From assembly GCA_024277955.1 (NCBI GenBank), contig JAJRUE010000057.1, positions 1 to 55,118 on the forward strand: 55,118 nucleotides of DNA. Reading direction: 5' to 3'. Origin of the DNA: Alphaproteobacteria bacterium. GTDB taxonomy: Bacteria > Pseudomonadota > Alphaproteobacteria > Rhodobacterales > Rhodobacteraceae. This document shows, one piece after another, positions 33,897-42,641 of this stretch (position 1 is the stretch's first letter; each line of letters begins with the position of its first letter). The notes under the pieces were generated by a model. That model was not told where the DNA came from. It did no database searches and saw only the letters and a program-made list of their open reading frames with translations. A program made the position numbers and the translations under genes.

Positions 33897-34084
33897 TGCC
33901 TCCGGCGGGGATATTTTCGGACAGAAGAAAAGGGGCGCGCAGCCCTTCGCCCCGAACCGGCGGGACGAAGGGCCTTCTCCTGTCACGGCCATCGGCGTCC
34001 CCGCCTGTACCGCACCGCCATTTGGACGGGATTTGATTAAAATTCCGTTGCTTCTTCTGTCCACAAATATCCCCGCCGGAGGCA
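33897..34084. repeat. Inverted pair of full-length REP2 arms enclosing 122 bp (MITE-like)
   Basis: Left arm TGCCTCCGGCGGGGATATTTTCGGACAGAAGAA (33897-33929). Right arm TTCTTCTGTCCACAAATATCCCCGCCGGAGGCA (34052-34084), its near-perfect reverse complement. Confidence 0.8.
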
Positions 34085-34136
34085 TCGCGGCGCGCGCAAG
34101 CGCGGCGCAACCGCCATGCCGGCACCGGGCGCGGGA

Positions 34137-36716
34137 TCAGGACAGAAGCCGGGTGACCATTTCCGCGGTGTCGCCCGACAGCCCGTCGCGCCCGGCGATC
34201 CTTTCCAGCTGTTCGCGGATCAGCGCCTGGCGGTCCGCGTCGTAGCGTTTCCAGGTCGAAAAGACCCCTGTCAGCCGGGCCGTGACCTGGGGGTTTACCG
34301 CGTCCATGCGGATGATCCAGTCGGCGACGAACCGATAGCCGGCCCCGTCGGCCCGGTGAAAGCCGGCGGCGTTGCTGGCCAGCCCAAAGGTCACGGCGCG
34401 AAAACGGTTCGGGTTCTGCCAGTTGAAATCCGCATGCGCCGCCAGGTCGCGGGCGATCTCGGGGGCGTTTTCGGGGCGGGCGTGCGTCAGCTGCACGCTG
34501 AACCAGTTGTCCAGCACCAGCCGGTCGTGGCGCCACTGGCGGTAGAACGCCTCGACCGCCTTGCCGCCGCGCGTGGCGGGGACCAGCAGGCCGAGCGCGG
34601 TAAGCTGTTCGGTCATGTTGCCGGCGGCCTCGAACTGGCGCTCGGCCTGGGCGCCGTCGTCGAGCCGGGTGATCAGGCGCAGCGCCACGCCGCGCAGGGC
34701 GCGACGGGCGGCAGGGTCCGGATCGGGCGAATAGGGGCCGAGCACCGCCATTTGCGCGTAAAGGTCCGGCAAATCCGGGCGCAGCCGTTCGGCCAGCGCC
34801 AGTTCGAGCCGCCGGCGCGCCGCGTGGATGGCGTCCGGGTCCGGCACCACATTGGCGTCGTGCAGGGTCTGCGCCAGGTCGTCTTCGCCTGGCAGCTGCA
34901 GCACCCGCGCCCGAAAGGCCGGGTCGAGCCCGTCGTCCAGCGCCACCTGCGCCAGCGCCCCCAGGAATTCCGGGGCGGGGTCGGCGCCATCGGTGATCAT
35001 CGCGCACAGCACGGTTTTGCCAAGCGCGCGCCCGGCTTCCCACCGGTTGAAGGCGTCGGTGTCATGGGCCAGCAGAAAGGCGCGCTCGGCCGCTGGCACG
35101 TCGCGCATCACGATCACCGGCGCCGAAAAGCCGCGCAGGATCGAGGGCACCGGGCGGCTGGCCAGCCCGGTGAAGCGAAAGCTTTGTTCCGCTTCGGTCA
35201 TTTCGAGGACGGTCGTGGGCACCACCTCGTCGCCATTGGGGTTGAGCAGGCCAACGGCGATCGGGATCACCTGTGGCGCCTTGTCGGCCTGGCCGGACGT
35301 TGGCGGCGTTTCCTGTTTGAAATGAAGGGTGTATGTGCCGTCCTTAAAGTCCTCCGTCACCGTCAGCCGCGGGGTGCCCGCCTGCGAATACCAGCGTTTG
35401 AACTGGGTCAGGTCGCGCCCGCAGGCGTCTTCGAACACCTTCAGCCAGTCCTCGATCGTCACCGCCTGGCCGTCGTGGCGGTCGAAATACAGATCCAGCG
35501 CCCGGCGGTAGCCATCGTCGCCCACCAGCCGGTGCAGCATCCGCACCACCTCGGCCCCCTTTTCATAGACCGTGGCGGTGTAGAAATTGTTGATCTCGAC
35601 AAAGCTTTCCGGGCGCACCGGATGCGCCAGCGGCCCGGCGTCTTCGGAAAACTGGGCGGCGCGCAGGGCCAGCACGTCATCGATCCGCTTGACCGCGGCC
35701 GAGCGCATGTCGGCGGTGAACTGCTGGTCGCGAAAAACCGTCAGCCCCTCTTTCAGGCACAGCTGGAACCAGTCGCGGCAGGTGATGCGGTTGCCGGTCC
35801 AGTTGTGGAAATATTCATGCGCGATGATGCCCTCGATACGTTCATACAGCCCGTCGGTGGCGGTTTCGGGGCTGGCCAGAACGAATTTCGAGTTGAAGAC
35901 GTTCAGCCCCTTGTTTTCCATCGCCCCCATGTTGAAATCGTCCACCGCGACGATGTTGAACACGTCCAGATCGTATTCGCGGCCGTATTTTTCTTCGTCC
36001 CAGCGCATCGATTTCTTCAGCGCTTCCATGGCGAAGGCGCAGCGGTCTTCGTCGCCCTTGCGCACCCAGATGTTCAGCGCCACCTCGCGCCCCGATGCGG
36101 TGGTGAACCGGTCGGAATGCGCCAGCAGATCGCCGGCCACCAGCGCGAACAGATAGGCGGGCTTGGGCCAGGGGTCGTGCCATTGCGCCCAGCCTTCGCC
36201 GCTGTCGGCGGGGTTGCCGTTGGACAGCAGCACCGGCAGGTCGCCCTCGATGCGCACATCGAAGGGGGCCATCACGTCGGGGCGGTCGGGATAGTAGGTG
36301 ATCTTGCGAAACCCCTCGGCCTCGCACTGGGTGCAATACATCCCGTTCGAGATATAGAGCCCCTCGAGCGAAGTGTTGCCCGCCGGGTCGATTTCAACTT
36401 CGGCCTCCCAGATGAACGCGCGGTCGGGCACCTCGGCGCGCAGCCCGTCGTCGGAAATCTCGGGGGTGATCGGGGCCCCGTCGATGCTGGCCCGGATCAG
36501 CCGCAGCCCGATGCCATGCAGGAAAAACCCGCGTTCGCCGGTGGCCGGGTTCGGGCGGAACGCGATGCGCGAAATCACCCGGGTTGCGCTGGGGTGCAGG
36601 CGGAAGGTCAGGTCGACCTTGTCGACCAGGTAGGCCGGCGGCGTGTAATCCGCCAGGTAGATGGTTTTCTGTTCCCTGGGGCGTGCGTCATTGGGGTTCA
36701 CGTCACTATTGCTCAC
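34137..36716 (-). CDS. pepN: Aminopeptidase N (M1 family)
   Basis: GAMEN exopeptidase motif and HEYFHNWTGNR zinc motif. The start is taken at GTG 36714-36716 (VSNSDVNPNDARPREQKTIYLADY), preceded by a GAGG-containing stretch. Confidence 0.92.
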   Translation of the reverse strand: MSNSDVNPNDARPREQKTIYLADYTPPAYLVDKVDLTFRLHPSATRVISRIAFRPNPATGERGFFLHGIGLRLIRASIDGAPITPEISDDGLRAEVPDRAFIWEAEVEIDPAGNTSLEGLYISNGMYCTQCEAEGFRKITYYPDRPDVMAPFDVRIEGDLPVLLSNGNPADSGEGWAQWHDPWPKPAYLFALVAGDLLAHSDRFTTASGREVALNIWVRKGDEDRCAFAMEALKKSMRWDEEKYGREYDLDVFNIVAVDDFNMGAMENKGLNVFNSKFVLASPETATDGLYERIEGIIAHEYFHNWTGNRITCRDWFQLCLKEGLTVFRDQQFTADMRSAAVKRIDDVLALRAAQFSEDAGPLAHPVRPESFVEINNFYTATVYEKGAEVVRMLHRLVGDDGYRRALDLYFDRHDGQAVTIEDWLKVFEDACGRDLTQFKRWYSQAGTPRLTVTEDFKDGTYTLHFKQETPPTSGQADKAPQVIPIAVGLLNPNGDEVVPTTVLEMTEAEQSFRFTGLASRPVPSILRGFSAPVIVMRDVPAAERAFLLAHDTDAFNRWEAGRALGKTVLCAMITDGADPAPEFLGALAQVALDDGLDPAFRARVLQLPGEDDLAQTLHDANVVPDPDAIHAARRRLELALAERLRPDLPDLYAQMAVLGPYSPDPDPAARRALRGVALRLITRLDDGAQAERQFEAAGNMTEQLTALGLLVPATRGGKAVEAFYRQWRHDRLVLDNWFSVQLTHARPENAPEIARDLAAHADFNWQNPNRFRAVTFGLASNAAGFHRADGAGYRFVADWIIRMDAVNPQVTARLTGVFSTWKRYDADRQALIREQLERIAGRDGLSGDTAEMVTRLLS

Positions 36717-37038
36717 GGGGGGCCTCTTGGGTTCGCAGGGGTTGGACGACCGTAAGGCGCGCCCGGGCAGGGCGCAACCCGGCGTCTTTATGCGCGCGCG
36801 ATGGTTTTCGCTTGAGCTGTGCACTTTTGCATACTATTGCCGAAATGCTCGGGTGCGGTTCGGGGTTCGTCAGATTTTGAATGATAATTTCTGATAAATT
36901 TCGTCCGGTTGTGGTAAGGTTTGCCTTGCCGGGCCAGGTATGCGCCTTGCCCGAACGAAAGGTATCTCTGAAACACGGGGGGCCAAAGCGGTCGAACATG
37001 CCGCTGCGGCCCTCGCGTTCGAAAAGAAGGTGTCGCTT

Positions 37039-39222
37039 GTGGTGCGAGTCGAAAAATCGGGTCTCAGTGTCGATGCCGAACTGGCGGAGTTCATTGAAAC
37101 CGAGGCGCTTCCCGGCAGCGGCGTCTGGGCGAGCGTCTTTTGGGACGGGCTGGCGCGGCTGGTCGAGGAATTCGGCCCGCGCAACCGTGCGCTGCTGGCG
37201 CGGCGGCAGGAATTGCAGGCGCAGATCGATGCCTGGCACCTGGCCCGCCGCGGCCAGCCGCATGACGCCGAAAGCTACCGCGCCTTTTTGCGTGAGATCG
37301 GCTATCTGGAACCCGACGTGGAAGATTTCTCGATCGATCCGGGCGAGTTGGACCCCGAAATCGCCTCGGTCGCCGGGCCGCAGCTGGTGGTGCCGATCAC
37401 CAACGCCCGGTTTGCGCTGAACGCGGCCAATGCGCGCTGGGGCAGCCTGTTTGACGCGCTCTACGGCTCGGATGCGCTTGCCGGCGATCCCGCGGGCCGG
37501 CGCGATGACGGTCGTGACCTGGACAGCGACCGGGTGCGCCAGGTCATCGGCTGGGCCCGCGATCATCTGGACCGCACCGCGCCGCTGGCCGGCGGCAGTT
37601 GGCAGAGCGTGCGCGACGTTTCGGTGCGCGACGGCGTGTTGCTGGTGGAAAACGACGCCGGCCAGACCGGGCTTGCCGACCCGTCGCAATTTGTCGGCCA
37701 CCGCCCCCCCCGCCGGGACGGCTGCCGCGAGGTGATCTTGCGCCGCCACGGGCTGCACCTGCGCCTGGTCTTCGATCCGCGCAGCCCGGTTGGCGCAATG
37801 GACAGCGCCGGCATGTCCGACATCGTGCTGGAAGCGGCGCTTTCGGTGATCATGGACCTGGAAGACAGCGTCGCGGTGGTCGATGCCGCCGACAAGGTCG
37901 CGGCCTACCGGAACTGGCTGGGGCTGATGCAGGGCGAGCTGGAATCGAGCTTCATCAAGAACGGGCGCGAGGTCTGGCGCAGCCTTGCCGGCGACGTGGG
38001 CTATGTCACCCCCGATGGCGAAGACGCGCAGCTCAAGGGCCGGGCGCTGATGATGGTGCGCAATGTCGGCCACCTGATGACCACGGCGTCGGTGCTGGAT
38101 GCGCAGGGCAACGAGATCGGCGAAGGGCTGCTGGATGCGGCGGTGACGACCCTGATCGCCTGCCACGACCTGCGCCGCCAGTCGCGCGAACGCAATTCGC
38201 TTGCGGGGTCGGTCTATGTGGTGAAACCCAAGATGCACGGCCCGGCCGAGGTCGCCTTTGCCGTCGACATGTTCGCCCGGATCGAGGAAATCTTTGGGCT
38301 GGAGCGCGATACCGTCAAGCTGGGGATCATGGACGAAGAACGGCGCACCAGCGCCAATCTCAAGACCTGCATCCACGCGGCGCGCAGCCGGCTGGCCTTT
38401 ATCAACACCGGGTTTCTGGATCGCACCGGCGACGAAATCCACACCTCGATGGAAGCCGGCCCGATGGTGCGCAAGGGCGACATGAAGGACAGCCGCTGGA
38501 TCGCCGCCTACGAAGACCGCAACGTCGATATCGGGCTGGCCTGCGGGCTGCGCGGCAAGGCGCAGATCGGCAAGGGGATGTGGGCGATGCCCGACCGGAT
38601 GGGCGACATGCTGGCGCAGAAGATCGCGCACCCGATGGCGGGCGCGACCTGCGCCTGGGTGCCATCGCCAACGGCCGCGGTGCTGCACGCCACCCATTAC
38701 CACCTGGTCGATGTCTTTGCCCGCCAGGCCGAAATCACCGCCCAGGGGCCGCGCGCCGACCTGGCGCAGCTGCTGGAAATCCCGCTGGGCAACCCGCAGG
38801 ACTGGTCTTCGGGCGACATTGCCTGGGACGTCGACAACAACGCGCAGGGCATCCTGGGCTACGTGGTGCGCTGGATCGACCAGGGGGTGGGCTGTTCGAC
38901 GGTGCCCGACATCCGCGACGTCGGTCTGATGGAGGACCGGGCCACCTGCCGGATCTCGTCGCAGGCGCTGGCCAACTGGCTGCATCACGGCGTCATCGAC
39001 GAAGATCAGGTGTTGGCGGCGATGAAGAAGATGGCCGCCGTGGTCGACCGTCAGAACGCCGCCGATCCGATGTATCAGCCGATGGCGCCGGGCTTTGACG
39101 GCACCGCCTTTCGCGCCGCCTGCGACCTGGTGTTCAAGGGCCGGATCCAGCCTTCGGGCTACACCGAACCGATCCTCCATGCCCGCCGCCAACAGCGCAA
39201 GGCCGAACCGGTGCTGCGCTAG
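37039..39222 (+). CDS. glcB: Malate synthase G
   Basis: The family N-terminus (VEKSGLSVDAELAEFIETEALPG) begins about 100 nt inside the ORF-track call. The C-terminus carries GLMEDRATCRISSQ. In-frame GTG codons at 37030, 37039 and 37042 are all possible starts; 37039 is chosen for its spacing from AGAAGG. Confidence 0.92.
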   Translation: MVRVEKSGLSVDAELAEFIETEALPGSGVWASVFWDGLARLVEEFGPRNRALLARRQELQAQIDAWHLARRGQPHDAESYRAFLREIGYLEPDVEDFSIDPGELDPEIASVAGPQLVVPITNARFALNAANARWGSLFDALYGSDALAGDPAGRRDDGRDLDSDRVRQVIGWARDHLDRTAPLAGGSWQSVRDVSVRDGVLLVENDAGQTGLADPSQFVGHRPPRRDGCREVILRRHGLHLRLVFDPRSPVGAMDSAGMSDIVLEAALSVIMDLEDSVAVVDAADKVAAYRNWLGLMQGELESSFIKNGREVWRSLAGDVGYVTPDGEDAQLKGRALMMVRNVGHLMTTASVLDAQGNEIGEGLLDAAVTTLIACHDLRRQSRERNSLAGSVYVVKPKMHGPAEVAFAVDMFARIEEIFGLERDTVKLGIMDEERRTSANLKTCIHAARSRLAFINTGFLDRTGDEIHTSMEAGPMVRKGDMKDSRWIAAYEDRNVDIGLACGLRGKAQIGKGMWAMPDRMGDMLAQKIAHPMAGATCAWVPSPTAAVLHATHYHLVDVFARQAEITAQGPRADLAQLLEIPLGNPQDWSSGDIAWDVDNNAQGILGYVVRWIDQGVGCSTVPDIRDVGLMEDRATCRISSQALANWLHHGVIDEDQVLAAMKKMAAVVDRQNAADPMYQPMAPGFDGTAFRAACDLVFKGRIQPSGYTEPILHARRQQRKAEPVLR

Positions 39223-39486
39223 GGTCAAAACCCGATCAACCTGCACCGCCAGTTTGGCAGATTTCCGTTCTGACAAGGCACAGGGCCGCAGGAATAGTGG
39301 TTCTGTTTCAAGGGCCTGTAACGCAGCCGGGGCGGAAATCCGCCAAACCCTTCGGGCAGGAAAGGCGCTTCATCTCAGCGGCGCGGGCCGCCTGGAAAGG
39401 GAACCACCCTTGCCCGCGCGTCCCGAACCGCTGATATGTCGCGCCTTTCGCGCTGGCGGTGCAGGATGATCGGGTTTTGGCCCTGG
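39219..39486. repeat. 268-bp MITE-like element bounded by 34-nt imperfect inverted repeats (REP3 family)
   Basis: Left arm CTAGGGTCAAAACCCGATCAACCTGCACCGCCAG (39219-39252; its TAG is the glcB stop). The right arm (39453-39486) reverse-complements to CCAGGGCCAAAACCCGATCATCCTGCACCGCCAG, a 31/34 match. Confidence 0.75.
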
Positions 39487-39576
39487 CGGCGGCGGTTGCT
39501 CTTTCGCGCGGCGGCACTATGTTGATCGGGACTTCGGTTTTTCTGATCGGATTTGGGTATGTGGAAGGTGGCTCGG

Positions 39577-40353
39577 ATGTTGCGTCCCAGGATTGGCATC
39601 ATTGGCAACAGTTACGTGATCGGTGATGACTACCCGGCCCACGCCAGCGGCACGATGAACAGCGAAGCGGTGGCCGCCGTTGCCGGTGCGATGCCGCTGC
39701 TGATCCCGGCGGACCCGCGCTTTGTCAGTGTCGAGGAACTGATGGCCACCTTCGACGGTTTCCTGCTGACCGGCGGCCGGCCCAACGTGCACCCCGAAGA
39801 ATACGGCCAGCCGCCGACCGAAGCGCATGGCGATTTCGACCGCGCCCGCGATGCGATCACCCTGCCGCTGGTGCGCGCCTGCGTCGAGACCGGCCAGCCG
39901 GTCTTCGGCATCTGCCGCGGGTTTCAGGAAATGAACGTGGCGATGGGCGGCACGCTGCACCCGGAGATCCGCGAACTGCCGGGGCGGATGAACCACCGCA
40001 TGCCGCCCGACGGGTCGCTCGAAGAAAAATTCGCGCCGCGCCACTGCGTGCACCTGACCGAGGGCGGCGTCTTCCACGCGATCCTGGGCGATACTTCGGT
40101 GATGACCAACACGCTCCATGGTCAGGGCATCTGCGAGCCGGGCGAGCGGGTGGTGGTGGAAGGCGTGGCCGACGACGGCACACCCGAGGCCATCCACATC
40201 AAGGGCGCTCCGGGTTTTGCGCTGGCGGTGCAGTGGCACCCGGAATACAACGCCGCGAGCGATCCCGTGTCGCGCCCGCTGTTCGAAGCCTTCGGCAAGG
40301 CGGCCCGCGCCTGGGCGGCGGGCGAAACCATGCCCGCCCTGCGCATCGCCTGA
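39577..40353 (+). CDS. Gamma-glutamyl-GABA hydrolase-like class I glutamine amidotransferase (peptidase C26)
   Basis: Catalytic Cys in ICRGFQEMNVAMGG and His in AVQWHPE. ATG 39577 follows GGAAGGTGG. Confidence 0.87.
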   Translation: MLRPRIGIIGNSYVIGDDYPAHASGTMNSEAVAAVAGAMPLLIPADPRFVSVEELMATFDGFLLTGGRPNVHPEEYGQPPTEAHGDFDRARDAITLPLVRACVETGQPVFGICRGFQEMNVAMGGTLHPEIRELPGRMNHRMPPDGSLEEKFAPRHCVHLTEGGVFHAILGDTSVMTNTLHGQGICEPGERVVVEGVADDGTPEAIHIKGAPGFALAVQWHPEYNAASDPVSRPLFEAFGKAARAWAAGETMPALRIA

Positions 40354-40440
40354 CTGGCGCCGCCGGGGGGGCACGGGGCGCGGGGGGCTGCGCTTTCCGC
40401 CGCCGGGGTCGCCGCCGGGATGTGCCCTTCACAACCGGTC

Positions 40441-40545
40441 GCCACGCGCCACGGCCACGCGCCACCGCCACGCCCGACCGCTATATCTGGGGGCTACATC
40501 TGGCCCCTACATCTGGCCCCTACATCTGGCCCCTACATCTGACCG
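40441..40545. repeat. Two adjacent 13-bp tandem arrays
   Basis: GCCACGCGCCACG / GCCACGCGCCACC / GCCACGCCCGACC (40441-40479). Then CTATATCTGGGGG / CTACATCTGGCCC x3 / CTACATCTGACCG (40481-40545). The last unit contains the SDR gene's final codons and its stop. Confidence 0.92.
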
Positions 40546-41288
40546 CCGGCGATCTCGATGCACTGGCCGTTCACGCTGCCCGACCGGTCGTCGCACAGCC
40601 AGAGCGCGGCGGCGGCGACTTCTTCGGGGGCGATCAGGCGCTTGTGCCGGTTGGCGTTGACCATCACCGCGCGGGCGTCCTGCGCGCTCATGCCGGTGCG
40701 CGTCTTGATCGCGGTAACGTTCTGTTCCACGATCGGCGTGTCCACGTAGCCTGGGCACAGGGCGTTGAAGGTGATCGGCCCGCCAATGTAGTCTTCCGAC
40801 AGGGCGCGGATCAGCCCCACCATCCCGTGTTTGGAGGCGGTATAGGCCGACGCCCCCTTGAGCCCGCGCAGCCCCGCGATCGAAGACACCGCGATCACCC
40901 GGCCCCAGTCGCGCCCGTGCATCGACTTCATGCATTCGCGGATCGTCAGAAAGGCGCCGTCGAGATTGGTCGACAGGATATGGCGCCAAAAGGCGAGGTC
41001 GGTCTTGTGCAGGGCGCGCCCTTCGGCGACGCCGGCATTGGCCACGCAGATGTCCACCGGCCCGCGTTCTTCGACTGCCAGCGCCACCCCGGCCAGGACG
41101 CTTTCCTCATTGCACACGTCCATGACCATCGCGTGCAGCCGGTCGTGCGAAGCCACCGCGCGGGCCAGCACCTCGGCGCGCCGTCCGGTGATGGTGACAT
41201 TGACGCCGGCGTCGGCCAGGGCGCGGGCGATCGCCAGCCCGATCCCGGTGCCGCCCCCGGTCACCAGCGCGTGTTTTCCGTTCAGCAT
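40533..41288 (-). CDS. SDR-family oxidoreductase
   Basis: 251 aa from ATG 41286-41288 (RBS AAGAGGAG). Cofactor motif VTGGGTGIGLAIA; catalytic YTASKHG. Confidence 0.92.
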   Translation of the reverse strand: MLNGKHALVTGGGTGIGLAIARALADAGVNVTITGRRAEVLARAVASHDRLHAMVMDVCNEESVLAGVALAVEERGPVDICVANAGVAEGRALHKTDLAFWRHILSTNLDGAFLTIRECMKSMHGRDWGRVIAVSSIAGLRGLKGASAYTASKHGMVGLIRALSEDYIGGPITFNALCPGYVDTPIVEQNVTAIKTRTGMSAQDARAVMVNANRHKRLIAPEEVAAAALWLCDDRSGSVNGQCIEIAGGQM

Positions 41289-41486
41289 GAGGCTCCTCTT
41301 TCGCGTTGTCGTGCTTTGGCGTTGCGCGAACAGTAGCGCCTTGGGGCGGGTCTGCAAGGGGGCGATCAGCCGGTCGTGAAGCCCGGGCGCTGGACAAAGC
41401 CGCCCGGCGTCCCGACAATGGGGGCCAGAGAACCGGGGCCGAAAAACCGCCCCGGTGCACGGCAACGCATGGCAGGGGACAAGAAG

Positions 41487-41933
41487 ATGAGAAAGATCGA
41501 CTGGCCGCCGGTTTGGTTGTTGGGGTGCATGGCGCTGACCTGGGTGATCGCCCGGCTGTTTCCGGGACTGGCGATCGCGGTTCCCGGTCAGGTGCTGGTC
41601 GGGCTGGTCCTGATCGGGATCGGCGTGATGATCTCGATACTGGCGGTGCAGGAAATGGCGCGCGCCAAGACAACGGTGATCCCGCGGCGCGACCCGAACG
41701 CGCTGGTGACCAGCGGGATCTTCCGGCTGACGCGCAACCCGATCTACCTGAGCGACTGGATCATGCTGCTGGGCTGGATCGTGCTGTGGGGGGCGGTGCT
41801 GGCGCTGCCGCTGTTGTGGGTGTTTCCGCGCATCATCACCAAGCGCTTCATCGAGGGCGAAGAAGAAAAGATGCGCGCCCATTTCGGCGACCAGTTCGAG
41901 GCCTGGGCGAAACGGACGCGCCGCTGGATCTGA
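41487..41933 (+). CDS. Isoprenylcysteine carboxyl methyltransferase (ICMT)/phospholipid methyltransferase-family membrane protein
   Basis: Four hydrophobic helices and the family motif SGIFRLTRNPIYL...EGEEEKMRAHFG. The start is taken at ATG 41487. Confidence 0.8.
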   Translation: MRKIDWPPVWLLGCMALTWVIARLFPGLAIAVPGQVLVGLVLIGIGVMISILAVQEMARAKTTVIPRRDPNALVTSGIFRLTRNPIYLSDWIMLLGWIVLWGAVLALPLLWVFPRIITKRFIEGEEEKMRAHFGDQFEAWAKRTRRWI

Positions 41934-41952
41934 ACGGGCGGTTCCGAAAGGC

Positions 41953-42492
41953 TCAGTCGCCCAGGACCGCGTCCAGGCGGGGCTGGATTTCGGCGGGCGA
42001 GCCGGGATAGACCGGCAGGCCGCGGTTGATCCAGCCAGTGCCGTTGGGCCCGCCGGCCATGCCTTCGGCCACGTCCACCAGCCCCGGAAAGCCCTGGTCG
42101 GTGAGGGTGGACACCACATAGCCCGACCGGTTGCCGGTGCGGCAGATCAGGGCGATCGGCTTGTCTTCGTATTTCTGGCGCAGCGCGACCAGCGACTTGA
42201 CGAAATCGGCATCGCGCATGTCCAGCGCGATGGCGCCGTCGCCGATGCCGGTCTGCTGCCATTCCTGCGGCGTGCGGATATCCACCAGGATGATCTCGCC
42301 GGATTTCGCGGCGGCGTGGGCTTGGTCGGCTTGCATGATCTCGTATCCTTTTTGCCGGGTGGATTGCGCCAGACCGGGCTGTGCCGACGCCAGGACGCCA
42401 GCGGTCCCCGCTGCCATTGCGACCGCCAGAAAGCGCCGCCGGGTTGTCGCCGATTTCGCGGCTGTCTTCAAGGTCGTGACTTGTGGTCGCAT
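41953..42492 (-). CDS. Tat-exported rhodanese-domain protein
   Basis: Twin-arginine signal [14 protein letters not shown]...AQ and a rhodanese fold with active-site loop CRTGNRS. The start is taken at ATG 42490-42492. Confidence 0.85.
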   Translation of the reverse strand: MRPQVTTLKTAAKSATTRRRFLAVAMAAGTAGVLASAQPGLAQSTRQKGYEIMQADQAHAAAKSGEIILVDIRTPQEWQQTGIGDGAIALDMRDADFVKSLVALRQKYEDKPIALICRTGNRSGYVVSTLTDQGFPGLVDVAEGMAGGPNGTGWINRGLPVYPGSPAEIQPRLDAVLGD

Positions 42493-42641
42493 TTGGTCTA
42501 CTCCACATTGAACGTTCGTTGTTTTTCGGTGAACGGATACATAACTTTCGCCGGCGCTCAAAAAAGGGGGCGGCGAACAGACAAATGGTCACAGGTGCGC
42601 TTTGTGCAGGGGCAGGGCGCAGGCTAAAGGAGGAGCGGGTC

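Noticed and set aside
40441-40545. Possible CRISPR array, because of short regularly spaced repeats
   Set aside because: The units are directly adjacent 13-mers with no spacers. There are no cas genes in the window. It is a simple tandem repeat.
42493-42641. GAAC/GTTC-containing stretch (tgaacgttcgttgtttttcggtgaacgg) upstream of pntA as a LexA box
   Set aside because: The spacing does not fit. The GAAC repeats are 19 nt apart, and the GTTC is followed after 7 nt by TTCG rather than GTTC.
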